From an uncultured Chloroflexia bacterium (GTDB taxonomy: Bacteria; Chloroflexota; Limnocylindria; Limnocylindrales; CSP1-4): a stretch of 64,000 bases of DNA. This document shows, piece after piece, positions 8,745 through 18,974 of this stretch (position 1 is the stretch's first letter; each line of letters opens with the position of its first letter). The notes under the pieces are model-generated. The model was not told where the DNA came from, did no database searches, and saw nothing but the letters and a program-made list of their open reading frames with translations. The stretch is from assembly GCA_963707215.1 (NCBI GenBank), contig CAVPPB010000002.1:128001-192000 (forward strand). Reading direction: 5' to 3'. A program made the position numbers and the translations under genes.

Positions 8745-10531
8745 CGCCATCCGCCCCCATCCGGGCCTTCGTCGAGGAACTGGTCCGGGCCGGCGTCCGC
8801 GAGGCGGTCATCTGCCCGGGCTCCCGGTCCGCCCCGATGGCCCTTGCCCTCGCCGCTCACGAGGGACTCCGGGCCACGGTCCTGCTGGACGAGCGGTCGG
8901 CCGGCTACTTCGCCCTCGGCATGGCCCGAACCGCCGGTCGCCCCGTCCTGCTCCTGTCCACCTCCGGCACGGCCGCCGTGAACTTCGCCCCCGCCGTGGT
9001 CGAGGCGTCATCGGTGCGGGCCCCGCTCATCGTCGTGACGGCCGACCGGCCGGTCGAGCTGCGTGACCGCGGCGCCCCCCAGGCCATCGACCAGCGCGAC
9101 CTCTTCGGCCGGCACGCCAAGTGGTGGACCGAGCTGCCCGTCCCCGCGGATGACCCGGTGACGCTCGCACACCTGCGGTACGTCGCCGGGCGGGCGGTGG
9201 CGACCGCGTCCGCCGCCCCCGCCGGACCGGTCCATCTCGATGTGCCGTACCGTGAGCCGCTCGTTCCCGATGGTCCGCTGGGAGCGTGGCCGGAGCTGCC
9301 AGGGCGGTTCGTCGAGGTTGCCGCCGCGGGCCCTCGCCTCGACCCGGCCGTCGCGGCGGCGGTCGGCGCGCGGCTCGCTGCCCGGCCGCGGGGCCTCATC
9401 GTCGCCGGCCCGATCGATGCCGCCGGTCTCGCCGACGCGCTCGTCGAGCTCGCGGCGGCGACCGGCTACCCGATCCTGGCCGATCCGCTGTCGGGGCTCC
9501 GGGCGGGAGCCCACGACCGCTCCCTGGTCCTGGCCAGGGGCGACCAGCTGGTCCGGCCGGGGCCCTGGATCGACGCCCATCGGCCGGACCTGGTCGTCCG
9601 GTTCGGGGCCATGCCGACCTCGAAGCCGCTCGTCGAGCTGCTCGCCGGGGCAGCGCCGGAGCTGTACGTCGTGGATGGCGACGGCGGTTGGCGTGAGGCG
9701 GCGATGGTCCCGGCGACGTTCCTCCATGCCCACGAGATCGTGACGGCCCGTGATCTGGCGGCTGCCGTCGGCGCCGCTCGGGCCTCCGACGACGTTGCGG
9801 CCGAGCCGACCGACGATGGCTGGGGACGGGATTGGCTGGCCGCCGACACGGTGGCCGACCGCGTCATGACCTCCTGGCTGGCGAGCCTGGACGAGCCGTT
9901 CGAGGGCCTGCCGTTCGCGGTTCTCGCCGACGCTCTCCCCGACGGCTCTGTCGTCTGGGCCGGCAACTCCATGCCCGTCCGTGATCTCGACGGCTGGCTG
10001 CCATCCGTCCCGCGGGTCCTGCGACTGCTCTCGAACCGCGGGGCGAACGGCATCGACGGGGTCGTCTCGACGGCGCTCGGGTCGGCCGCGGTGGCCGACG
10101 GACCGGTCGTTCTCGTCGTCGGCGACGTCTCGCTCCTCCACGACCTGGGCGGGTTGGTCACCGCTCGCCTCACCGGGGTGGGCCTCACCATCGTCCTCGT
10201 GGCCAACGACGGCGGCGGGATCTTCTCGTTCCTGCCCCAGGCACGTACCGACGACCAGGCCGTCGGCCTGCCGGAGCGCTACGAGCTGCTGTTCGGCACC
10301 CCGCACGGCATCGAGATCGGCCCGCTCGTCGAGGCCCTGGGCCTCGAGCACCGCCGCGTCGACCGGGCCTCGCTGGCCGATGCGATCCGCGACTCCCTCG
10401 ATCGCCCCGGCCCATCCGTGCTCGAGCTGCGGACCGACCGGGCGCGCAATCTCGAGCTGCACCGGGCGGCGTCGGCCGCCGTCAGCGCCGCGCTCACCGA
10501 GCTGGTCGCGGCGACAGGAGGTACTCCATGA
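8741..10531 (+). CDS. menD: SEPHCHC synthase (ThDP-dependent)
   Basis: CPGSRSAP, DERSAG, TSGTAAVN, TADRP, NSMPVRD, NRGANGIDG, GDVSLLHD, NDGGGIF, FGTPH. Confidence 0.96.
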   Translation: MTPSAPIRAFVEELVRAGVREAVICPGSRSAPMALALAAHEGLRATVLLDERSAGYFALGMARTAGRPVLLLSTSGTAAVNFAPAVVEASSVRAPLIVVTADRPVELRDRGAPQAIDQRDLFGRHAKWWTELPVPADDPVTLAHLRYVAGRAVATASAAPAGPVHLDVPYREPLVPDGPLGAWPELPGRFVEVAAAGPRLDPAVAAAVGARLAARPRGLIVAGPIDAAGLADALVELAAATGYPILADPLSGLRAGAHDRSLVLARGDQLVRPGPWIDAHRPDLVVRFGAMPTSKPLVELLAGAAPELYVVDGDGGWREAAMVPATFLHAHEIVTARDLAAAVGAARASDDVAAEPTDDGWGRDWLAADTVADRVMTSWLASLDEPFEGLPFAVLADALPDGSVVWAGNSMPVRDLDGWLPSVPRVLRLLSNRGANGIDGVVSTALGSAAVADGPVVLVVGDVSLLHDLGGLVTARLTGVGLTIVLVANDGGGIFSFLPQARTDDQAVGLPERYELLFGTPHGIEIGPLVEALGLEHRRVDRASLADAIRDSLDRPGPSVLELRTDRARNLELHRAASAAVSAALTELVAATGGTP

Positions 10532-11349
10532 CGAGGATGCTGGTCGACGGCGCTCGCTACGAGGTGCGGGAGGGTGGCCAGGGGCCGGCCGTGCTGTTCA
10601 TCCACGGCTTCACCGGTCGCGGCTCGAACTGGGCGCCCTTCCTCCGGGGCATCCGGCGGACGAACCGGGCGATCGTGGTCGACCTCCTGGGCCACGGCGA
10701 CTCCGATGCGCCCGCCGACCCGGCCCGCCACGCCCTGGAGCGCCAGGCGGCCGACCTGGCCGAGATCCTGCGGCGGCTCGACGCCGTCCCGGCCGCGATC
10801 GTCGGCTACTCCTTCGGGGCTCGCGTCGCTCTGCAGCTCGCGGTCGACCATCCCGACGCCGTCCGGATGCTCTTCCTCGCGAGCCCCTCGGCCGGGATCG
10901 CCGAGGCCCGGGAACGCGCCAGGCGCCGGACCGCCGAGCGGGAGCTGGTCCGCCACATCGAGGCCGACGGCCTGCCGGCGTTCATCGAGACGTGGGAGTC
11001 GGCCCCGCTCTTCGCTCCCGAGGGTCGCCTGCCGCCCGAGGTCCGGGATCGGATCCATGCCGGTCGCCTGCGGAACCGGCCGGAGGGCCTCATCGCCAGC
11101 CTGCTGGGCGCCGGCCAGGGCGTCATGACCCCGCTCCACGACCGGCTGGGCGAGATCAAGGTGCCGACCGTCATCCTCGCCGGGTCTGCCGACGAGACCG
11201 GGCTTGCCCGGGCCCGGGTCGTCAACGATGCGATCCCGCAGGCCCGCCTGATCGTGCTGCACGGCCACGGTCATGCCCCGCACCGTGAGGCCCCGGTCCT
11301 CTTCCGTGACCTCCTCATCGACCAGATCGCCACCTGGAGCGACGCATGA
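10528..11349 (+). CDS. menH: SHCHC synthase (alpha/beta hydrolase)
   Basis: HGFTG, DLLGHG, GYSFGA nucleophile elbow, GHAPH; located between menD and menB. Confidence 0.88.
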   Translation: MTRMLVDGARYEVREGGQGPAVLFIHGFTGRGSNWAPFLRGIRRTNRAIVVDLLGHGDSDAPADPARHALERQAADLAEILRRLDAVPAAIVGYSFGARVALQLAVDHPDAVRMLFLASPSAGIAEARERARRRTAERELVRHIEADGLPAFIETWESAPLFAPEGRLPPEVRDRIHAGRLRNRPEGLIASLLGAGQGVMTPLHDRLGEIKVPTVILAGSADETGLARARVVNDAIPQARLIVLHGHGHAPHREAPVLFRDLLIDQIATWSDA

Positions 11350-12173
11350 CCGACGTCACCTGGACCCCGGTCGTCGAGTACGACGACATCCGCTACGAGC
11401 ACTCGGGCTCCGGCATCGCCAAGATCACCATCGACCGCCCGGAGGTCCGCAACGCCTTCCGCCCGGAGACGGTCCGGGAGCTGATCGACGCCTTCGCCCG
11501 GGTCCGCGACGACGCCACGGTCGGCTGCGTCCTGCTGACCGGCGCCGGCGACATGGCCTTCTGCTCCGGCGGCGACCAGCGCCACAAGAGCGACGCTGGC
11601 GGCTACGTCGGCGACGACGGGATCGCCCGGCTCAACGTCCTCGACCTCCAGCGCCAGATCCGCTCGTTGCCGGTGCCGGTCATCGCCCTTGTCAACGGCT
11701 TCGCGATCGGCGGCGGCCATGTCCTGCACGTCGTCTGCGACCTGTCGATCGCCTCGGAGAACGCGATCTTCGGCCAGGTCGGCCCGCGGGTCGGCAGCTT
11801 CGACGCCGGCTTCGGGATCGGCCTGCTGGCCCGCCTGGTCGGCGACAAGAAGGCCAAGGAGATCTGGTTCCTCTGCCGCCGCTATACGGCCCAGGAGGCG
11901 CTGGACATGGGCCTCGTGAACAAGGTCGTGCCCTTGGCCGAGCTCGAGGCCGAGGGCGTCGCCTGGGCCGACGAGATCCTGGCCATGAGTCCGACGGCCA
12001 TCCGCTTCCTCAAGTCCGCCTTCCTCGTCGCGACCGACGGCCTGGCCGGCCTCCAGGAGTTCGCCGGCAACGCGACCGGGCTCTACTACACGACCGAGGA
12101 AGCCCACGAGGGCTCGCGAGCGTTCCTGGAGAAGCGCCAGCCCGACTACCGACGCTACCCGCGTCGGCCCTGA
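11346..12173 (+). CDS. menB: 1,4-dihydroxy-2-naphthoyl-CoA synthase
   Basis: [57 protein letters not shown]. Confidence 0.97.
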   Translation: MTDVTWTPVVEYDDIRYEHSGSGIAKITIDRPEVRNAFRPETVRELIDAFARVRDDATVGCVLLTGAGDMAFCSGGDQRHKSDAGGYVGDDGIARLNVLDLQRQIRSLPVPVIALVNGFAIGGGHVLHVVCDLSIASENAIFGQVGPRVGSFDAGFGIGLLARLVGDKKAKEIWFLCRRYTAQEALDMGLVNKVVPLAELEAEGVAWADEILAMSPTAIRFLKSAFLVATDGLAGLQEFAGNATGLYYTTEEAHEGSRAFLEKRQPDYRRYPRRP

Positions 12174-12190
12174 CCCGCCTGCTCCAGCCC

Positions 12191-13177
12191 ATGTCGCAGC
12201 AGGGACCGGTACCCCAGGCCCCCGACCTGCCCACGCCCGACCGGCCTTCCGGGAGCGGGTCGGCCCCGCGGCGGCCCTCGGTGCTCGGCACCTGGTGGCT
12301 GGCCATCCGCCCGGCGACCCTGCCGGCCGCGGTCGCGCCGGTGGTCGTCGGCCTCGGCGCCGCCATCGGCCTGGACTACCCCTTCCGGCTGGACACCGCG
12401 CTGGGCTGCCTCGCGGTCGCCCTGCTCCTCCAGGTCGCTGCCAACCTCGCCAACGACCTCTCGGACTTCCGTCGAGGAGCCGACACCCCCGACCGGGTGG
12501 GCCCGACCCGCGTGGCGGCGTCCGGGCTCGTGACGACGCGGCGGCTCGAGATCGCCATCGCCGCGGTCATCGCCCTTGCCGGGCTGGTCGGTCTCTACCT
12601 GGTCTCGATCGGTGGGCTCGTGCTGCTGGCCCTCGGGATCCTCGCGGTGGTCTCAGCGCTCGCCTACACGGGCGGTCCCTGGCCCTACGGCTACCGCGGA
12701 CTCGGGGAGGTCTTCGTCTTCGTCTTCTTCGGCCTGGTCGCCGTCGTGGGGACGGCCTACCTCCAGGCGCTCGACCTCCGGCCGCTGTTCTGGCTCGCGG
12801 CCGTGCCCGTGGGAGCGCTGGTGACCGCGATCCTCGTCGTGAACAACCTCCGCGACGTACCGACCGACCGGGCCGCCGGCAAGCGGACCCTGGCTGTCAT
12901 CCTCGGTGACCGCTTTGCGAAGGCTGAGTACCTGGCGCTCCTCGCGGCGGGCCTGGTGGCCCCGGTCGTGATGATCCTGGCGGACCTGGCCGGATCGAGC
13001 GCTCTCCTGCCCCTCCTCGCCCTGCCGCTCGCCGTTCCGCCGACCCGGGAGGTCCTGGGTGTCACCGACGGCAGCGACCGACGGCGGCTCAACCCGGCGC
13101 TCCGGGCGACGGCCCGCCTGTCGCTGGCCTACGCCGGCCTGCTGGCGATCGGGCTGGCGGCTTCGGGGCTGACGTGA
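12191..13177 (+). CDS. menA: 1,4-dihydroxy-2-naphthoate polyprenyltransferase
   Basis: AIRPATL, NLANDLSDFRRGAD, YTGGPWPYGYRGLGE, NNLRDVPTDRAAGKRTLAV; multiple TM segments. Confidence 0.95.
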   Translation: MSQQGPVPQAPDLPTPDRPSGSGSAPRRPSVLGTWWLAIRPATLPAAVAPVVVGLGAAIGLDYPFRLDTALGCLAVALLLQVAANLANDLSDFRRGADTPDRVGPTRVAASGLVTTRRLEIAIAAVIALAGLVGLYLVSIGGLVLLALGILAVVSALAYTGGPWPYGYRGLGEVFVFVFFGLVAVVGTAYLQALDLRPLFWLAAVPVGALVTAILVVNNLRDVPTDRAAGKRTLAVILGDRFAKAEYLALLAAGLVAPVVMILADLAGSSALLPLLALPLAVPPTREVLGVTDGSDRRRLNPALRATARLSLAYAGLLAIGLAASGLT

Positions 13178-14349
13178 CCGGCCGTCCCAGGCCGTCCACC
13201 GCCGCGGCGGGGGGCCTTCCCATCGAGATCGTGGCTGCGACGGCCGACCGGCTGGCGATCCCCTTCCGTCGCCCCTTCTCGACCGCTGCCGGGACGTGGC
13301 GAAGGCGCGACACCTGGCTGCTGCGCCTCCGCGACTCGACCGGTCGCGAGGGGCTCGGCGAGGCCTGCCTGGACCCGTCCGCCGGTCCCGACGATCTGGA
13401 GCCGCTGGCCGAGCTCGTCCGGGCCGCGACCGCCGATCTGCTCTCGCCGGGAGGCCCGGACCGCTGGGCGGCCGGCGGAGACGACGGTGCCCCGCGTGCG
13501 GCCGTGGCCGCCGCGGTCGCATCGGCGCTCGTCGACCTGGGGTCGCCGCGAGCCGGCTCGTGGGGCGCGGGCGTCCAGGCGATCGAGTCCGTGCCCGTCA
13601 ACGCGACGATCGCCACCGAGGACCCGGAGGAGACCGTGAGGGCGGCGGTGGAGGCCGTGGCGGCGGGATTCGGCAGCATCAAGCTCAAGGGCGGCACCGA
13701 GCGTTCCACCTCCGACCTCGTCGAGCGCCTGCGGGCTATCCGGGGGGCGGTCGGGCCGGACATCGAGCTTCGCCTCGACGTCAACGGGGCCTGGGACGCG
13801 GGCGTCGCCCGGGAGCGGCTCGCCGCCCTCGGCGATGTCGCCCTCGCTTACGTCGAGCAGCCGATCGCCCCGGGCGACCCGGCCGATCTCGCCGCGCTAC
13901 GCGCCGATTCGTCCGTGGCGATCGCGGCCGATGAATTGGTCACCTCGATCCAGGCCGCCCGGGACCTCATCCGGACCTGTGCAGCGGACGTCCTGGTGGT
14001 CAAGCCGACGCGGGTAGGCGGGATCGACCGCGCCGTGGAGATCGCCCAGGACGCCGCAGCCGCCGGCGTCCCGGTCGTCGTCTCGACCCTGCTCGAGACC
14101 GGCGTCGGGCTGGCCGCCGCGCTCCGGGCGGCGGTCATCGCGACCGTTGCCTCCGGGTCCACAGGTGCCCCCCGTCCGCCGGCCCACGGGCTGGCCACCG
14201 CGGAGGTCCTCGTCGACGACCTGCTCCTGGTGCCGCTCGCGGTCGCCGGCGGGCGGATGACCGTGCCGGCCGGGCCGGGGCTGGGCGTGAAGGTGGATCG
14301 CAACGCGCTCGACCGCTGGTCGATCGAGCGGGTGGAGGCGATCCGATGA
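13174..14349 (+). CDS. menC: o-succinylbenzoate synthase (enolase superfamily)
   Basis: KLK, LRLDVNG, YVEQP, AADE, VVKP motifs; men operon context. Confidence 0.88.
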   Translation: MTGRPRPSTAAAGGLPIEIVAATADRLAIPFRRPFSTAAGTWRRRDTWLLRLRDSTGREGLGEACLDPSAGPDDLEPLAELVRAATADLLSPGGPDRWAAGGDDGAPRAAVAAAVASALVDLGSPRAGSWGAGVQAIESVPVNATIATEDPEETVRAAVEAVAAGFGSIKLKGGTERSTSDLVERLRAIRGAVGPDIELRLDVNGAWDAGVARERLAALGDVALAYVEQPIAPGDPADLAALRADSSVAIAADELVTSIQAARDLIRTCAADVLVVKPTRVGGIDRAVEIAQDAAAAGVPVVVSTLLETGVGLAAALRAAVIATVASGSTGAPRPPAHGLATAEVLVDDLLLVPLAVAGGRMTVPAGPGLGVKVDRNALDRWSIERVEAIR

Positions 14350-16718
14350 GCGGCGTGGCGGCCCCGCCGCCCTCCACCGATCCAGTGCACCGGAACGCCT
14401 CCCGGCGACCCCATGCGCCGGCCGTCCTCGCCGACCGCGAGATCTGGACGTGGTCCCAGCTCGACGCCCGCGCGGACACCGTCGCTGCGGCCGTCGCCGG
14501 GTACGGCGGTGCTCCAGGCGACCGGGTCGGCCTCATGGTCACCGCGTCGCCGCTCGGTGTGGCCGCTGTCCACGGCCTTCCCCGGGCCGCCGTCGTACCC
14601 GTCGTCGTCCATCCCCGGCTCGCCGGACCGGAGATCGCCGCGCTCCTGCGTATGGCCGGCTGTCGCCTGCTGGTGACCGACGACCCGACCGCCGAGCGGG
14701 TCCCGACGGGGGTGGCCCACGTGCCGCTCACCGAAGTCTCGGTCCAGGGAGGGCCAGCCTCGGTCGGGGTCGACGGTGCGTCATCGGCCGGCGAGCTCAT
14801 CGTCCCAACCTCCGGCACGACGGCACGTCCGAAGCTGGCCCGCCTGCCGCTCCGGGCGATCCGGGCCAGCGCGGAGGCCTGGAACGCGTTCCTCCCTCCG
14901 GCGACGGCCTGGCTCCTCTCGCTGGGTCTCGGTCACGTCGCCGGGATCGGCGTCGTCGCCCGGGCGGCGGCCGGCGCCGTGCCGGTCGTCGTGCCCCGGG
15001 ACGCGGCCAGCCGAGCGCTCCTCGAGGCGATCCAAGGCGCTCGGGCCCGGGGTGTCATCGTGAGCCATCTGTCGCTCGTCGCGACCCAGCTCGAGCGGCT
15101 CATCGGCCACGCCGGCTCCGCCGGCCTGCCGGAGGGGCTGCGGGCCGTCCTGGTCGGCGGCGGCCCGATCCCGGAGGAACTGGTCGTCCGGGCGCTCGAT
15201 GCCGGCTGGCCGATCGTGCCCACGTACGGGATGACCGAGACCGCGTCCGGGGTCGCCGCGCTGTTGCCGGAGGAGGCCCGCCGGTCTCCCTGGTCCGCGG
15301 GTCGGGCGCTGCCGGGGACGGAGCTCCGGGTCGACTGCGACGAGCCGTCTGGCGGACCCGCCCGGCCGGACGAGCCGGCGGAGATCATGGTCCGTGGTCC
15401 CTCCGTCTTCGCGGGGTACCTCGACGACCCCGAGGCGACGGCGGCGTCCCTGGGTCCCGACGGCTGGCTCCGGACCGGCGATCTCGGCGATCTCGATCCC
15501 GCTGGCCGTCTCCGGGTCGTGGACCGCCGCGACGACCTCATCGTGTCCGGCGGGGAGAACGTCGCCCCGGCCGAGGTGGAAGCGGCCCTGGCGTCCCATC
15601 CCGGGGTGCTCGAGGTCGGGGTCGTCGGTGCTCCGGACCCCGAGTGGGACCGGATCCCGGTCGCCTACGTCGTGCCCCGCCCCGGTGCGGCGCCGACGGA
15701 CGAGGAGCTGACGGCCCACGTCCGGCTGCGGCTGGCCCCGTACAAGGTGCCCGCCCGCTTCGTCCGGGTCGCCGAGCTGCCGCGCTCACCGTCCGGCAAG
15801 CTGCTCCGCCGCCGCCTGGCGAGCATGGTCGAGGCCCGATCGCCCGGTTCGACGCGGTCGCACGCCGTGACCGTCGACGACGGCCAGCGCATCGCGGTGA
15901 GGCTCGTACCGGGTCCCTCGGGGCCTGTCGACGGGCCGGCCGGCCGCCCCGTCGACTCCGGGCTTCCGGTCGTCCTCCTCCACGCGACGCTTTCGTCCAC
16001 GGCCCAGCTCCTGCCCCTCGCTCGGCGACTCAGCGAGACCACGGGGGTGGTCCTCGTGGACCGTCGTGGCAGCGGGGCGAGCCGGATGCCCGATCCGCGG
16101 CCGGTCCCGCTCGACCGCCATGTCGCCGACGTCGTGGGAGTCCTCGACGATCTCGGGCTTCGTCGCGTGGCGCTCGTCGGCCACAGCTTCGGTGGGGTCG
16201 TCGCCCTGGAGGTCGCGGCCCGCCACCCCGACCGGGTCGCTGCCGTCTTCGCCTGGGAGCCGCCCTACCTGCCCCTCGCGGACGGGGTGGCCCGGGCGGC
16301 GCTGGACGCCGTCGCCGACCGGGTCGCCGAGGCCTACGCGGAGGGTGGCTCGGAGGCTGCGGCCCGGACCTTCCTCGGCATCGTCGCCGGGCCCGCCGCC
16401 TGGGATCGTCTCCACCCGCGACAGCGGGCGGCCATCGCCGAGGGGGGCGCGGGCGCCCTGGCCGACGTTTCGATGGAGGGCCTGGATCCGGGTGGCCTCG
16501 CACGGATCGTGGCCCCGACGATCCTGGCGACGGGGTCCGCGAGCGAGCCGTTCTATGCTCCGATCGCCGACGCGCTGGCCGATCGCATCGGTCCGGCCAC
16601 CCGGATCGACCTCGACGGCCTCCGCCATCCCGCGCCCATCACCGACCCCGCCCGCGTCGCCGATCTCGTCATCGACCTCCTCGTGCGAGCGGCCGCCGCC
16701 AGGGAGTCCGACCAGTGA
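14346..16718 (+). CDS. menE: o-succinylbenzoate-CoA ligase fused to a C-terminal alpha/beta hydrolase
   Basis: TSGTTARPK, YGMTET, RTGDLG, SGGENV, SGKLLR in the first ~500 aa, then LHA..DRRGSG..GHSFGG..WEPP..H hydrolase domain in the same 790-aa frame. Confidence 0.9.
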   Translation: MSGVAAPPPSTDPVHRNASRRPHAPAVLADREIWTWSQLDARADTVAAAVAGYGGAPGDRVGLMVTASPLGVAAVHGLPRAAVVPVVVHPRLAGPEIAALLRMAGCRLLVTDDPTAERVPTGVAHVPLTEVSVQGGPASVGVDGASSAGELIVPTSGTTARPKLARLPLRAIRASAEAWNAFLPPATAWLLSLGLGHVAGIGVVARAAAGAVPVVVPRDAASRALLEAIQGARARGVIVSHLSLVATQLERLIGHAGSAGLPEGLRAVLVGGGPIPEELVVRALDAGWPIVPTYGMTETASGVAALLPEEARRSPWSAGRALPGTELRVDCDEPSGGPARPDEPAEIMVRGPSVFAGYLDDPEATAASLGPDGWLRTGDLGDLDPAGRLRVVDRRDDLIVSGGENVAPAEVEAALASHPGVLEVGVVGAPDPEWDRIPVAYVVPRPGAAPTDEELTAHVRLRLAPYKVPARFVRVAELPRSPSGKLLRRRLASMVEARSPGSTRSHAVTVDDGQRIAVRLVPGPSGPVDGPAGRPVDSGLPVVLLHATLSSTAQLLPLARRLSETTGVVLVDRRGSGASRMPDPRPVPLDRHVADVVGVLDDLGLRRVALVGHSFGGVVALEVAARHPDRVAAVFAWEPPYLPLADGVARAALDAVADRVAEAYAEGGSEAAARTFLGIVAGPAAWDRLHPRQRAAIAEGGAGALADVSMEGLDPGGLARIVAPTILATGSASEPFYAPIADALADRIGPATRIDLDGLRHPAPITDPARVADLVIDLLVRAAAARESDQ

Positions 16719-17488
16719 CCGAGCCCCAGCGCCCGCCATCCGAGCCGCACGACGTCGCCACCCCGTCGGGTCTCGCCTCCGAGCAGGGCAATGCCGCCTC
16801 GCAGCGCGAGGTCGGGGCGATGTTCGACCGGATATCCGGCGTCTACGACGTCATGAACGCCGTCATCAGCGGCTTCCAGGAACCCCGCTGGCGACATCGG
16901 GCGGTCGCCCTGACCGGTCTCGAGCCGGGTGGTACGGCCATCGACGTCGCGACCGGCACGGGCAAGGTGGCGCGCTCGCTCAAGGATCGTGTCGGCCCCG
17001 GGGGCCGCGTGCTCGGCGTCGACCTCGCGCCCCGGATGATCGACCGGGCCCGGGCGGCCTACGGGCGCCGCCCCGGGGTCGAGTTCCTGGTCGGCGACGC
17101 GATGCAGCTGCCCGCCCAGGATGCGACCTTCGACGCGGCCACCATCGCCTTCGGGATGCGCAACCTGCCCGACTACGGGCACGGATTCGCCGAGATGCGG
17201 CGCGTCGTCCGGCCGGGCGGGCGGGTCGTTTGCCTCGAGATCGCTCGGCCCGACCACCTGGTCGCCCGGCTCAGCCGGGTCTGGTTCGAGGGCGCCGTCC
17301 CGTTCCTGGGGCGACTGGCCGGCCAGGGCGACGCGTACGCCTACCTGGTCGAGAGCGTCCGCAACTACCCGCCGCCGGAGCGGATCGCCGCGATCATGGC
17401 GTCGGCCGGTCTCGTGGACGTGCGTTGGGTCCCGATGACCCTCGGGATGGTGACGATCCACGTCGGGACGCGTCCGCACGAGGGCTGA
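16715..17488 (+). CDS. menG: Demethylmenaquinone methyltransferase (UbiE/MenG)
   Basis: MFDRISGVYDVMN, DVATGTG, GDAMQLP, FGMRN, RPGGRVVCLE; GTGA overlap with menE. Confidence 0.92.
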   Translation: MTEPQRPPSEPHDVATPSGLASEQGNAASQREVGAMFDRISGVYDVMNAVISGFQEPRWRHRAVALTGLEPGGTAIDVATGTGKVARSLKDRVGPGGRVLGVDLAPRMIDRARAAYGRRPGVEFLVGDAMQLPAQDATFDAATIAFGMRNLPDYGHGFAEMRRVVRPGGRVVCLEIARPDHLVARLSRVWFEGAVPFLGRLAGQGDAYAYLVESVRNYPPPERIAAIMASAGLVDVRWVPMTLGMVTIHVGTRPHEG

Positions 17489-17569
17489 AGCCCGGGAGGC
17501 GCCGGGACCGGCGAGCCCGGATGCCCGACGGGCCGCTCGTGTCGTTCGACCGTCTGGCACGATGGCGCC

Positions 17570-18862
17570 ATGAGCGATCCGTCGAGCGGTGCCCGCCCCC
17601 CGTATCCCATCCGGTCGGCGGAGCCCGACGAGCTCCGACACTTCCTCTCCCCGATGGGGCCGGCATTCGGCGAGGACTTCAGCGATGCCGAGTTCGAGGC
17701 CGAGCGGCCCATCCTGGAGCCGGAGCGGATCATCGCGGCCTTCGACGGTGACGAGCCGGTCGGCTGCGCCGGCGCGCTGTCACGGTGCCTCACGATCCCC
17801 GGCGGAACGGTCGCGGCGGCGGCCGTGACCCTCGTCGGCGTGAAGCCGAGCCACCGTCGCCAGGGGATCCTGCGCTCGCTGATGCTCCACCAGCTGGCCG
17901 ATGTCGCCGATCGCGGCGAGCCGGTGGCCATCCTGTGGGCCTCGGAGGGCTCCATCTACCAGCGCTTCGGCTACGGCCCCGGGACCGTCCAGGGGCGGAT
18001 CGAGGTGGAGCGGGCCCACGCCGGCCTGCTGCGACCGGTCCGCTGGTCCGGGCGGATCCGCCTCGTCGAGGCCGACGAGGCGCTGCGGACGTTCCCGGCC
18101 ATCCACGACGCCGTCAAGGCGGTGACCCCGGGCATGATCGATCGCTCGGCGACCTGGTGGGAGCATCTCGGCGTCAGCGACCTGCCGGCCTGGCGGGACG
18201 GCGCTGGCCCCAGGGCGTTCGCTCTCCACGAGACCGACGGCGTGCCGGACGGCTACGCGATGTACCGGGTGAAGTCCGACTGGGAGCCCCGCGGGGCCAG
18301 GAACCGGCTGATCGTCGGAGAGGTCCTCGCTGCCGACCCGGCCGTCGAGCGGACCTTGTGGGCATGGCTCCTTGACCTCGACCTGATCGGCACGATCCAG
18401 GCCGGCCGGCAGCCGCTCCCGCACCCGCTGCAACTGATGGTGGCCGACCCGCGTCGCCTCGGCCTGCTGGTCGGCGACGGGCTCTGGCTGCGGCTCGTGG
18501 ACGTGCCCGCCGCCCTGGCCGCCCGCTCGTACGCCGATACCGGGTCGCTGGTCATCGAGCTGACCGACGCGACGCTGCCGGACAACGCCGGCCGCTGGCG
18601 GATCTCCGCGTCTGCGGACGCTGCCGGGGCCGCCGGTCCGGACGGCCACCCTGCCGACATCCGGGCCGCCGTCGCCCGGAGCGACGACGAGCCCGATCTC
18701 CGTCTCGACGTGGCGGATCTGGCGGCCGTCTACCTGGGGGCCTTCCGGTTCGCCGACCTGGCCCGGGCCGGCCGGGTCGTGGAGGTTCGGCCGGGCACGC
18801 TCGCACGGGCTGACCGGCTCTTCGTGACGACCGTGCCGGCCTGCTGCTCGACGATGTTCTGA
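17570..18862 (+). CDS. Eis-like GNAT acetyltransferase with C-terminal SCP2-like domain
   Basis: VGVKPSHRRQG, LWASEGSIYQRFGYG, LWLRLVDVPAALAARSY, C-terminal Phe. Confidence 0.9.
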   Translation: MSDPSSGARPPYPIRSAEPDELRHFLSPMGPAFGEDFSDAEFEAERPILEPERIIAAFDGDEPVGCAGALSRCLTIPGGTVAAAAVTLVGVKPSHRRQGILRSLMLHQLADVADRGEPVAILWASEGSIYQRFGYGPGTVQGRIEVERAHAGLLRPVRWSGRIRLVEADEALRTFPAIHDAVKAVTPGMIDRSATWWEHLGVSDLPAWRDGAGPRAFALHETDGVPDGYAMYRVKSDWEPRGARNRLIVGEVLAADPAVERTLWAWLLDLDLIGTIQAGRQPLPHPLQLMVADPRRLGLLVGDGLWLRLVDVPAALAARSYADTGSLVIELTDATLPDNAGRWRISASADAAGAAGPDGHPADIRAAVARSDDEPDLRLDVADLAAVYLGAFRFADLARAGRVVEVRPGTLARADRLFVTTVPACCSTMF

Positions 18863-18974
18863 TCGCCGCGGCGTGGTCCAGTCCCGCCGCCGGTCCGGAT
18901 GCCCCGCTAGACTCGCTGCGAGATCGGCCGCCGCTGGCAATGTCCGGGCGGAGACCTGAGGAGGAGGATGAGCG

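Noticed and set aside
14450-17488. 1012-aa ORF ending in a methyltransferase domain as a giant fusion
   Set aside because: Only the last 257 aa (from GTG 16715) are MenG; the upstream part is an alternate frame of menE.
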